Positions 30,784 through 48,027 of a stretch of 64,000 nucleotides of DNA are shown in pieces. The translations under genes and the position numbers were made by a program. The DNA is taken from NCBI RefSeq assembly GCF_009914755.1, contig NC_060925.1. One strand, written 5' to 3'. The DNA comes from the human T2T-CHM13v2.0 reference genome, Homo sapiens. Numbering within the stretch: the first letter of the stretch is position 1; each line of letters starts with the position of its first letter. The notes under the pieces are model-generated. The model was not told the origin of the DNA, searched no databases, and saw nothing but the letters and a program-made list of their open reading frames with translations.

Positions 30784-32015
30784 TCAATGGTGAACTTATC
30801 GGCACCCAGAATATCTGAGCCAGCGTAGGTGAGACTGCCATGTGCATAGGACAGAGGGGGAAACTGAGGCCCACTCAGCAAGGGACAGCAGAGCAGGGAG
30901 CAGAACATGAGATTCTGGACTTCCCCTACCTTAGGTCTTCCCATTGCCCCCTGAAAAGAGGTCACATCACTGTGTGATCCCCAAGCACTCAGGGAGCATG
31001 AGCCCTGTGCTGGAGCCCAGGGACACGGCAGCCCCATCCACCATCCCTCACCCGGGGCAGGGCTGCACCCAGGCACCGTGCGTCTAGGCTGGGACAATGA
31101 GGCCCCATCTCTGGCAGCCCACAGACACACTGCAGGGGCCCTGACAGATGCTAGGGTGACAGTGAGCTGCTGGCTGGCAAAGGCAAGAAATACAACAGCC
31201 ACAAACCACACCACTCGGGCCCTGAGATGGGTGGGAGCAGCCTTGGCCCTCCAAGGAGGCGGTGCTGTCTGACTGGACAGGGTCGGGGGTGACTGATTCA
31301 GGGAGACAGCTCTGGTGGGGATAGCAGGTCCCAGCTTTGCTACTACCTGTCCTCGGAAACTCATCCAAGCCTCCAGAGCCTGCTTTCCCATCTGTAAAAT
31401 GGCCCACCCCTTCCTCCACCTACCAGATCTGTGGTGCCACATCACACCTGAAGGCATTCTGGAGGTGCAAGGTACACCACACAGCCAGCCTTCCTTTGGC
31501 CTTGGTGACAGCAAAGGCCGAGAGGCAGAGGAGGAGGAGGAGGACATGGGAGGCAGGAAAGGCTCCTCCACTGGCTCTTGGGGGAGTGGAAGAGGGGACC
31601 CTTCCTACCCAGGCCATGGACCCTCCTACCCCCATCCCAGCCCCTCAGGGAAGAAGCTGAGAGGAACCCCACTCCTGCCCCCCTCCCATCCCCAGGGCCT
31701 TCCATCAATCCTAGGAAAGCACAGAAGGCTGCACCCCTCAAAAGGGTCCTCCCCTGGCCCCTACACAGACACAGACAAGTATGCGCACGGATGCACGCAC
31801 ACACATACACACGCACAATGCACACAGGACGGCCCAGGGCTAAAGGAGGCACAGCCCAGGACCTGAGGGGTGGAGGATCTGGCACCACAGGGGGCAGGAC
31901 AGACAGCTCAGAGCAAGGGGCCTTCCGATGTCTACTGTGACTGGGGGGTGACGGATGGGGGGTGCCCCTCTTCCTGTAGAAACTGAGGCTCCCGCCCTAG
32001 GAGCCTCCTGCCCTA

Positions 32016-33193
<1,178 letters not shown>

Positions 33194-33199
33194 CTAATA

Positions 33200-34295
33200 G
33201 AGGGTGGATGGAAAGGTGGGTGGGTGAATAGACTGATGGTTGAGGTGGTAAAAGGGTGAGGAGATAGAAGATGGATAAAAGGAAAGAAGGAAGGAAGGAA
33301 GGGTAGGAGAGTGGGTGGATGGGTAGAAAGATGAATGGATAAATGGATGATGGATGGATAGACAAATGGATGGATAGATGAATGGATGGACAAATGGATG
33401 GATGGATGGATGATGAATGGACAAATGGATGGACAAATGGAAATGGGTGGACTGATGGATGGATGGATGGATGGACAAATGGATGGATGGATAGGTGGAT
33501 GGAAGGATGGATGGATGATGAATGGACAAATGGACGGATGATGGATGGATGGATGGATGGACAAGTGGATGGATAGATGGATGTATAGATGGATGAATGG
33601 ACAAAAGAATGGATGGATATATGGATAAACCAAATGGATGGATGAATGGATGGGCAAATGAATGGATGATGGATGGATGGACAAATGGATGGATGGATGG
33701 ATGGATGGATGGATGGGCAAATGGATGAGTAATGGATGGACAAATGGAAGGATGGATGCATAGATGGACAAATGGATGGATAGATGGACAAAAGGATGGA
33801 TAGATGAATGAACAAATGGATGGATGGGTGGACAAATGGATGATGGATGGACAAATGGATGATGGATGGACAGAGTGGTAGATGGATGGATGAACCAATG
33901 AATGGATAATGGATGGACAAATGAATGGATAACGGATGGACAATGGATGGATGGATGATGGATGGATGGACAAATGGATGATGGATGAATGGACAAGTGG
34001 ATGGATGGATGGGATGGATGAATGGATGGACAGATGGATGGATGGACAAAAGGATGGATGGATGGATGGATGGATGGATGGATGGATGGATGGACAAGTG
34101 GATGGATGGATGATAGGATGGATGGATGGATGGATGGATGGATGGATGGACGGACGGACGGACGGACGGATGGACAAAAGGATGGATGAATGGATGGATG
34201 GATGGATGGTGGATGGATAGCTGACGGATGGATGGACAAATGGATTGATGATGGATGATGGATGAATGGCTGGATGGATGAAGGATGGATGGATA
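33200..34295. repeat. (TGGA)n-based simple-repeat array, about 1.1 kb, intron 7
   Basis: Degenerate GGAT/GGAC/GAAT units with recurring ggacaaatgga. Confidence 0.96.
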
Positions 34296-34613
34296 AAAAG
34301 AAGGGACTGAGGGAAGGAGGGAGAAGGAGGGATGGGAAGGAAGGTGAGGTAAAGATGGGTGTTAAGTGGGTGGGGGGTGACTGAAGGGAGGATGGCGATG
34401 AGATGAAGCACTTCCCTCTCCAGTCACCACACTGCTAATGCAAATGCCCTGGGGTAGCTCCCACCATAGGTTCCTTGTTCTTTCCTTACTGGGACAGGAT
34501 GCCCCTCCCCAGACAGTAGAAACCAGGGCCGTGTGGGAAACACAGGGGCCCCACCTGGCTGAGACATGAGGATGCCCTCCCCCTGCTTCCCACGGGGAGG
34601 TTCCATGCCCCGC

Positions 34614-34875
<262 letters not shown>

Positions 34876-36038
34876 TCACCCAGAAGGCTTCGCTGGCCCA
34901 GGCAGTGTGGGGTGGGACAAAGCACGGAAGAGGCTCTGGAGACACAGTGCTCTCTGTGATTCATCTCAGCCCCCAACACAGCTGAAAACCTCACATTACA
35001 GCCTGCCTGTCCAGCCTGATGTCCCACCGCCTACCCAGAGCCCTGCTCTCCAGCCTCAGACACTTCCCACAATTTCCACCTCTGAACAGCTTCCCAGGCC
35101 TTGCCCTCCATCCTGCCAAACTCCTAAACATCCTTCAAGGGGCAGCCCTAGGGACACCTCCTCCAAGAAGTCTTCCCAGATCTCTCCTTTACTGGACCTA
35201 CTGTGGCTGCGTGTGTGCCAGGTCTGGCCTGTCCTGTCTGACTGGTACATCACGGGCTCTCCACCAGCAAACATGCCTGCCAGGTGACGAGTGCTACAGG
35301 ACCACGGCCCACTGTGGCTGAGCAGCGGGCCTGGTACACAGTATGTGCTCAACAAATATCTGCTAAGCTGAACTGGACCGTCAGCTCCAGGGCGGGCCAC
35401 ACCTTCTCTCCATGCTCCCCTCCAGACCTAACACTGGCTCCTGCCATGGTGCAGGGAAAGAGCTTCCAACTCCACCCACCGCAGGGCTGGGGTGAGGTGA
35501 GGGAGGCAGCTACCTGTGGGGGTGAGGAGGGCGAATGCCCCTCACACTCACAGAGAAAGGGGGGCCCCAAGGCTGAGTAAGACCTGGGCTTAGTGTCTGA
35601 GCCTGGGCCCAGAGCTGGCCCTGAGGACAGGAGGAGGTAACTGGGGCTCCAGCCAGCCTGATCCTACCCACATACCACTTCTCTAGGGTCCAGCCCCCAC
35701 CCAACTACTCCCCCCGAGAGCAGACCTGGGTGCTGGGCGGCCAGGCCCCACCAGGACAGATCCCTCCACCTCCTGCCCAAATGGAGTTGCAGCTGTGGAC
35801 AGCAGGAGCCAGGACTGAGCTCCCACTCAGGAGGGTGAGCCAGGGGAGCACTCCCTGCCCAGAGTCCAGGCTAGAAGGGCCCTTGGAAGGATTCAATCTA
35901 AACTCCTCATCACACAAATGGAGAAACTGAGGCCCAGCACACCTGCATGTAGGATGGAAGGAGAATAGTGGAGGGGTGCGACCTGCCCCAGCTAGTTTGT
36001 AATGAACTGAAGGCCCTCGCCTGGCCCTTGCGTGCTCA

Positions 36039-36341
<303 letters not shown>

Positions 36342-37230
36342 TCAGATGAGATGCCTGAGGCTTGGAGAGGTAAACCCCTTGCTTAAAATCACACAGCAAG
36401 TGAGGCAAAAACCAGATGACGGCTCTGACTGGAGGCTGCCCTGACCGCCTTGCTGCCCCTTGTCCATGACCCACAGAAATGTGGCCCTTTTGGGAGGATC
36501 CCCTATACCGTCTCCAACCACTGAAAGGAGGCACTAGCCATCCCCCACAGCCAGCAGGGCCACTGAAGGCACAGCCGCCCACCTGTGGTCCATGCCTGAG
36601 CCCCCAAAGGATGTCTTGGAGCCAAAAGGCCTTTTCCCACCTGCCAGCCAGGCAATGCTGGTCCCACCCAAGACTGCCCCACCTCTGCCAGTCAACCCCA
36701 GCAAGGGCCAGCAGGGCTGAGGCTGTTTTTATGGAGCTGGCCACAGGGCAATTAGCTACCTGGGGAGTAATGACCCAAGAAGGAAGGGGGGCCTGGAGGC
36801 AGGGATGCACACCCCACAGAGGCAGCCTCTCCCCAGGCCGTCCTCTGGCCACACCACACACACGGACATGGAGCTAGGAGCCCAGCTGCACCCTCCATGG
36901 CGCCGCGGAAAATCTATTTCAATTTTCCAAGCTCTGAATAAGCAGCTCATGGAATCGATAGCTCAGCAGCTGGAGCGCGAGAGGAAATGAGAAAACAAGG
37001 CAGGCTGGGCAGACAGGGGCGGGCCAGGAGCCCCTCCCGAGATCCTGATGGCCCAGACAGATGGAGCAGGACAGGGAACAGACTCTGACCCTTGTCACTT
37101 CACCCACCAGGCTCCCTTCAGAGACTTGGCATGGTGATGCCAGACACAGAACCCCAGAAACTAAAGCTCCTTGGGGCTGAAAGAAGGGATCCCCGGAGCC
37201 CCCTCAGCCCCTTCCATCAAAACCCAAATC

Positions 37231-38081
<851 letters not shown>

Positions 38082-38176
38082 TCAAACCTCCCAGACCTCT
38101 GCCCACATCATCGCCTCTGCTTCTCCACCAACCCCAAAAGGGAGTCAGGCACAAAAGAGGCGACGATGCTGCCTCA

Positions 38177-38881
<705 letters not shown>

Positions 38882-39229
38882 TCAGGCCCTGCAAGACTTG
38901 TGGGGCCACAGGTGGGCTACAGTGGGCCTTGGGGTCTCCGTCCCACCTCTACCAGAGCTGAGAGGCCATGGTGGTGAAAGACCCCCCAGGAAAGACTGGA
39001 ACCACCTTCCCCAAGGGGAAGAGACTCAAGGGCTGAGGGGCAGGGCCCACAAGGGAAGGCCTGGTGGTCTGTTAACATGAAGGGGTCCTGCCCCCTCCCT
39101 CCAGCTCCCCCAGGTTGCTCAGTCGGTCTGACAGAGCCCACCCCTACCCCAGGTGCCGGGGCTTCACTCCTCTGCCTCCCTCCCGACTTGGTACCACCAG
39201 AGGATGTGCGGGCCTGGAGAACAGCCCTA

Positions 39230-39361
<132 letters not shown>

Positions 39362-39898
39362 CTACAGAGACCCAGGCCAGAGGTAGAGTTGTTGAGGGGC
39401 CTTCTGACCTGCACCCCCATCCCCAGGGTCTCTGCCTAGGAGGCTTTGGCACAGGGGAAAGAGGAGGGGTTGTGTCTGCAATGTAACCAGACCATTCTCA
39501 CCCACCCTAGGAAACATTCAAGCCCTGCAGCCCCGCAGCCCCGCAGCCCCCAATCTGTGCCACGTCTCAGATGCCAGCCCACGAAGTGCAGGCCAAGTGT
39601 TCGACGTCAGGGTTTGGGGAGAGGCCATGTGTGTGCCCTGAACTTCCAGAAAGGGAAATCAGCCAGGTGTGGGCAAGGAGACTGGATGCCTGAGACCAGG
39701 CCCCCATCCTGAGATAGGGCTGCCCGACCAGCCTCGGGACACCAGGGCAGGACAACAGAACTTGCCCTCTGTGGGGACTGCATTCTGGGGATTTGGACAG
39801 CAGGACAGCACAGTGGCCTGAAGACGGGAAGATGTCCCTGATGAGGCCGCAGGGCTCCAGGGCTGCCTAAGCCACTTTAGAAAGACATGAGGCCTCCA

Positions 39899-40232
<334 letters not shown>

Positions 40233-40325
40233 CTACGTCAGCCCTTGTGAAGGACAGGCCACTGCCAGTTTCCAGTGAAAGGAAAGTGCACTCTGCTGGG
40301 GCAGGGGCATGGGACAATGGGCCAG

Positions 40326-40455
40326 CTGGGGGCACAGCCCAGAGAGGATCCAACTACTGCTGAGGCCTGGGGTGGAGGGACATCCTGGGGGCACAGCCCT
40401 GAGAGGATCCAACTACTGCTGAGGCCTGGGGTGGGGGGACATCCCAGGGGCACAG
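40326..40455. repeat. 59-bp tandem repeat, about 2.2 copies
   Basis: ctgggggcacagccc(a/t)gagaggatccaactactgctgaggcctggggtgg...gacatc. Confidence 0.9.
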
Positions 40456-40559
40456 TGAGTTCTCAAGAGAGCTAGCCCAGGGGTCAGGTGACCAGATGAC
40501 CAGGCCCGGGCTGGCGGGGCTCAGAAAGGGAGGTGCCGGATGTGGGCATGGGCTGGTTC

Positions 40560-40730
40560 TGATCCTGGCTCTGCCACATACCGGTGGTAAGAAGTGGATA
40601 AGTTACTTAACTTTCCTGCCTCGGTTTCCCCATCTGTAAAATGGAGATAATGGCACACTGCCTTGCAGAACAGAATGACTTAGTGCAGGTGCTTGGAACA
40701 GGGTGTGTCAAAATGCGTTAGCAATTGTTA
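40560..40730 (+). mobile_element. MIR fragment
   Basis: tcctggctctgccac...aagttacttaac...gcctcggtttccccatctgtaaaatggagataat. Confidence 0.7.
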
Positions 40731-42289
40731 GCACCCAACCCACCCTTCTTCTTCCTTCCCTGACACCCCACTTCTTCCAAGCAGCCCTGAGCTGCCCCCA
40801 CCCAACCTGATACATTAAGCCAATCAGTACACACCACTCCTAGGCCAAAGTCTGGTCAGGCCAGTCATGTCTTAAGCCAGTCCAATCAGAGGGAATGCTG
40901 GTCTCCTGCCTGCATACCTGGACATGGGAGGCCTGCTCTCCCTCCTGCTGGAGGGGCCAAGAAGCCCCGAGCTGCTGCTGCCCTCATTCTCAGCCACAAG
41001 AATGCTCAGCCATGAGGGTGCCTGGCCTGAGCCCAACACTGCCACAGCAGAGGCAGAGTGAATGATGCAAAGAGACAGCCTCTGATAACACCACTGGGTC
41101 CCACAACCCCGAAGCCCCTTGCCTCTTAGTTCTCAGGGCCCTGATCCCACACATCCCTCTACTGCCTAGGCCCCGGAGCTGGGCTTCTGCTCCTGCAACA
41201 GGAGGCTGCCCTGAGCGTCTCCCAGCACTGAGAACCAGTCTGCCCATCCAGGCTGCGGGAGGCCTCCAGAGCCCATTCTTGCCTCCTGTTCTGTGACAGC
41301 TCAGAGAATTCCTCACATGGGGCCCCCTCTGTGGCTGACCTGCCCCCGTGGACACACATGGCCATTCCTGATGGCACACGGACCCCTTGGTCCCCACCCA
41401 GGACAGCAGAGCAGCAGGTGAGCGAGGGGATGATACTGTTACAGGGTGATCCTGAATCACTCTCTTAAGTGAAGCTTTCAGAACTGTCAGCCCCGCAGCG
41501 ACGATCCGTCTCCGGTGACTCACAACACTCCACTGACTCATGAAATCACCCCAGGTGTCAGGACACCGCCAGGAAGAATCGCTCCTCCTCCCACACCTCC
41601 CAACTTCAGTTATTCACATTCATGATTTCTGCCTCACCCAACAGCAACTGTACTAATATTTACAGAGCGTTTATCTTTAAATCTGTGACCAGCCCAAACC
41701 GAGCCTTGGTGTCTCTTAAAAGAACAAAGGGAGCACAGTGTTCCTGAATGGCACTGTCACTCACCCACTGCCTGTCCACCAACCTCACCCCTGGCCTCTC
41801 CATCTCCCCAAGGAGCCCCAGGGTGCAGCCTCTGAGACTCCGGAGCACCTCAGCATGACCATAAAGGCCTGGCTTCCTTCACATCATTTCCCATGTTCCT
41901 GGGGACGCTGGGCCCAGGGGAGAGCTGGCCCATCTCTGTAGCCGCTCTGCCCCACGTGCAGTAGGAGACTCCGGGAATGCCTGCTTGGGCAGGATTTCAG
42001 AACACAAGTTCCCTTTCTACCATAAACAAAGCTGTCCAGCACTTCTTGTGGCAAAGACTCCATTTGTTGTTTTATTTTCCCGAATTGCTCCAAGCAAGAG
42101 GTTCCTGACACTAAACTTGAGCTCACACTATCTATCACTCTCCCCTAGAAATAGCTGCTCACTCAAAAATTAGCTGTGCGTGGTGATGCGTGCCTGTAGT
42201 ACCAGCTACTCAGAAGGCTAAGGCAGGAGCCACTGCACTCCAGCCTGGACAACAGAGCAAAACTCCTTCTAAAAAAGAAAAAAAGAACA

Positions 42290-43306
<1,017 letters not shown>

Positions 43307-43625
43307 TCACAGCTCAGCCCCAAAGCCCAGCCAAAGGGGCAACCCCAAGCCAGCCTGAGCCAAGTCTTGTCCCCAGGGTCTACGCCACAGGAAGCAGTAG
43401 AACCTGCAGGTGAGGCGAGGTGAGGCTCTCGTGAGAGCAGGCTTCTCCATCTGCAAGCTCGGCTCAGCCCACTCCAGCAGCCCTGCGGGTGAACTCAGGC
43501 TCCGCTTCAGTCATCATTGGGCTTCTATGGACTTTGGGGGCTGAATTAGTTTTACATGATGAGGCATGGACCCAGGAGCTGGCGGTGGAGGATGTGGTCC
43601 CAGAGTCAAAAAGCAAAGTGCACAG

Positions 43626-44173
43626 GAAGAGCCCCAGCCAGGGAAGGGCCCCAGCCAGAGAAGAAAAGCCCCAGCCAGGGAAGGGCCTCAGCCAGAGAAG
43701 AAGAGCCACAGCCAGGGAAGGGCCCCAGCCAGAGAAGAAGAACCCCAGCCAGGGAAGGGCCCCAGCCAGGGAAGGGCCCCAGCCAGGGAAGGGCCCCAGC
43801 AAGGGAAGAGCCCCAGCCAGGGAAGGGCCCCAGCCAGAGAAGAAGAGCCCTAGCCAGGGAAGGGCCCCAGCCAGAGAAGGGCCCCAGCCAGAGAAGGAGA
43901 GCCCCAGCCAGGGAAGGGCCCCAGCCAGAGAAGAAGAACCCCAGCCAGGGAAGGGCCCCAGCCAGGGAAGGGCCCCAGCAAGGGAAGAGCCCCAGCCAGG
44001 GAAGGGCCCCAGCCAGAGAAGAAGAGCCCTAGCCAGGGAAGGGCCCCAGCCAGAGAAGGGCCCCAGCCAGAGAAGGAGAGCCCCAGCCAGGGAAGGGCCC
44101 CAGCCAGAGAAGGAGAGCCCCAGCCAGGGAAGGGCCCCAGCCAGAGAAGGAGAGCCCCAGCCAGGGAAGGGCC
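43626..44173. repeat. Purine-rich minisatellite (17/20-bp units ccccagccagggaaggg / ccccagccagagaagaag), intron 2
   Basis: About 30 units over about 550 bp with a 179-bp higher-order duplication. Confidence 0.96.
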
Positions 44174-45457
44174 GCTGCATCTCAGGCCCCAGCGCCACAG
44201 CTCTCTGCTTAAGTTCACATCCCATGGAACTGCGTTCGTCAGGTGAAACCTGTAATTAATGCAGCAGGCACATCACAGTTTTCTCCATGTGCGGACTCTG
44301 CAGACACTGCTATGGATGGCACAAGCCCACCTTCCCCCTCTCCCACCCCATCCTGGCCGCTTCCTCTCCATATGAGACAAGGTAATTTAGGCAGCTCTTA
44401 AGCTTGGCTTCCTTGATTTAGTTTCCTGTCTGTACAGGCAGAAAATGGCCCATTTATATGGAGATAAGGGCGTTTACAACCAGAGCACCCCACCAGAGAG
44501 GTGCTGCCCCTCGGAGAAAGTGGTTTACTTGTGGCCTTTAGAGACGCAAGTCAACTGGCGAAGCCCTCCACAGCCCCTTCCCAGGGAGGGGCCGGGCAGC
44601 ACTGCCATGATCCCCGGTGCATGCGGGGCTTGCCATGCGCAGGACTGCTGTTAACTGTTTTCGGGGTGAGCAAGGAGAGGCATGGGATGAGATTAAGACA
44701 GAACCGGAGAGATAAAAAATGAGCTCAGGAAACAGCAGTGGCCAGGAGGGAGGATGAAGGAAAGAGGGAGGGAGGGAGAAGGAAAGGAAAGGGTGGCAGA
44801 AGGAAAGAGAATGAGGAGGCAGCAAAGGCGGGGGGCCTCCCTGGATAGTCTTGGGAGGCCCCCAGCCCAACTCTGCCCTTTCAGGCCACACTGTCAAGAG
44901 GGGATGACCTGCCTTTTCCCAGGAGAGTGGCTCCAAACAGTCACATCCAACAGTTCGTGGAGGGGGAGACGGTCACTGACAGGGGAGGTGGGGGCCCCCT
45001 CTGACATCCAGCTGGGAAGCACCCCTTCCAACAGGCTGCCTGCACTTCCCTCCTCTCCTGGAAGCCCCGCTCCCTCTCCCCTGCCCACCAGCCTCCCTGC
45101 TCCCAAACCTCTTAGCCCATTAAGCCTCCAGAGTCAGCGGCGCTGCCAGCTGCCAGGCAGCAGGGCCTCTGTGCTCTTTGCTTTTCCGGAACCCGGGTGT
45201 TTCCGGGAATACTGACACAGCCACTGGCTGGGAGCCTGCTCTCAAGGCTGGAGGAGATGCTGGGCCCTGGAGCCACGGCTCCCAAGCTCGGCCTCGGTCC
45301 TTTGGGGAGGTGGAGATGAGACAGTGATGTCCACGTCCCGTTGAGGGTGTCAGAGTTTGGCCAGCTTCAAGAGACCGCCCTTCAGGAGATCTGAGAGACA
45401 CGCTCTCCCTGAGCCCTCACCCCAGCAAAGGTAAGGACAAGAGAGGCCGCCATGAAC

Positions 45458-45478
45458 TTCAGCACCACGGACAGAGGC
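45458..45478 (+). promoter_or_regulatory. REST/NRSF RE1 (NRSE) element, intron 2
   Basis: TTCAGCACCACGGACAGAGGC vs canonical TTCAGCACCACGGACAGCGCC: first 17 nt identical, 19/21 overall. Confidence 0.85.
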
Positions 45479-45743
45479 TGGGGCTGGCCGGAGGAAGGGG
45501 CCCTGGGTGGCCTTCAGCTGCTAGAGAGCAAACCCCACAAACCTACCGAGGATGAAGTTGAGGGACCCACGGTTAATCCTACGTGGCCTGCCAGTGAGTC
45601 CCGGGCTCCCCAGGGAGGCTCTGCCCCTTGCAAGCCTGAGACTTGGCCAAGTCACTGTAGCGAGCTAAACCTCAGCTTCATCGTCTGTGAACTGGGAATG
45701 CCAGAAAGGATAGAACCAGGGAGACTGTAAGAAAATGCCTTGA

Positions 45744-46225
<482 letters not shown>

Positions 46226-48013
46226 TCAGAATGACCCTTTCCCCCTGACACCACCACGACCACATGTAGACACCAGAGGCCGCTGGGATTCTGATAATGC
46301 CCAGAAAATGCCCAAACAACCCATGATGACCCCAGCTCTGCATGGAAGCCAAAGATACAGCCAGGACGACAAGCTGGAGGGGACACACCAAGCTCACCCC
46401 CACATTTTTGCTGTCGGGATTGGGCTCCAGCCAACTGCACAGAGGCTGCCAGCAGCTGGGGCGAGACGCGGTACAGAGGGAGCAGGACCTGGACAAGAAG
46501 GGGCTGCTGTGGCAACATCTACGGGGAGCCAACCCAGCATCTGATGGCAAGCAGTCCCCTCGGCGACCTGCAGGGGAGACCAGGAGTGGCGGCCCAGGGA
46601 GAGCCGGAAGGAGGGAGGGATAGGGAGGGGAAGGCACCTCCAGCAGCCTCCACTGTCTGGCAGGAGCAGCAGCGCATGCCACCTTGGGAGAGTAGGGCTG
46701 GCAGAAGGCCATGAGCCCAGCACTGACAGGGCTCGCCCAGCGTCCGCTCAGGGTTAAGTGGCAGAGCAGGAGGGCACAGACCCTCAGCACAGAATGGGCT
46801 CAGACAACGTCAGGCATGTCTGTTGCCCATCTGTGGCCCCTTCCCTGCTGTCACCCACTGGGGCTCAGGCAAGCCAGCAAAGCCCTCATTTCTTGGAAGC
46901 AGGTGCACTTCTCTCCCTCCTCCATCCACCTGCACTGGGGAAAGCCCAGTCGATGAGAAGGGTCTGACGCCCAAGTCCCCACCTGCCTCCCCTGCCCTGA
47001 GCCTCTGCCCTGCCTCCACCACATGGAGCCCGCACAGCTGGGCCTCCCACCTGCACCAGATATCACCTGAACCCTCCTCCCCTACCAGGGGCTGGCCGAG
47101 GGTGGGGGTGCAGGGCAGAACCCTGCATCCAGCTGTTTTGACATTCTAGAACTAGGCCTCCTTTTTGTGGTGTTTTTCCAAAATCTCTCCTTGCAGAGAA
47201 AGCTGCAAATAGTTCTGAAAACACCTAGCAGAGCAGTGGCCCATGAGCAGGACCTGGAGGGACGGAGCATCATCCAGCGGCAAGAAGGAAAGAAACGATC
47301 AAGAACCAGAGGCAGATTCACAGTTCAGTATCTCAAAACATACTGAGAGGCTCGTAGACCAAGCCACGTGCAGGGGAGGAGACAGAGACGCAGACCAATA
47401 AGTCCCTAACTAAGCCCCCGAACCAACCCAACCCTAAGGTTTGAGGGCCATCAAACCACACTGCAGGCATGAAGATACAGATGACAGTTGGCCTTCGACC
47501 TTGGCACTGACCTTTCGGCTGCAGCAGCCTTAGGCGTGACTACAGGGGACGCCCTACCAGCTAGCAGAAGAATCTTAGTGGATGTGGAGTCCCCACATGA
47601 ACTCCACCTGCAAAGCTGCCTTGAATGTTATGCCCAGCCTATGTGTGCCAGGAGGCAGGGGCAGGCAGGAGGGGTCTCTGCTCTGAGCCCCCACCCTGCT
47701 GAGGGCACAGCATGTGGTCGCAGCCCTGGGGATCCCAATGGACAGTCCCGCCACCCTTCCTCCTTCCCAGCTCCGCAGATGTTTCTTGGCAGAGGCCTCC
47801 CACCTCCATCTCCCTTCCCTCTAGGCCCGATGCTCCGCACACGCACCGCATCTCCTAAAAACGGAGACATTTAAACTCATAAGGAAGGGTGCGGAGAGTG
47901 GGTCATTCTCCATTTGGGGTCCTTCAAGATTGAGAGGGAAAAGGGAAGAATGAAATAGGAGCCTTCCCATTCACGAGTGTTATAAACAGTTATAATTTAG
48001 CACTGAATAATTG

Positions 48014-48027
48014 GTTGCTATGGTAAC
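48014..48027. promoter_or_regulatory. RFX X-box palindrome, intron 2
   Basis: GTTGCTATGGTAAC matches GTTNCYATGGNAAC. Confidence 0.7.

Noticed and set aside
43464-44259. 253/256-aa ORFs on both strands as protein-coding genes
   Set aside because: Produced by the minisatellite; treated as a repeat, not a CDS.
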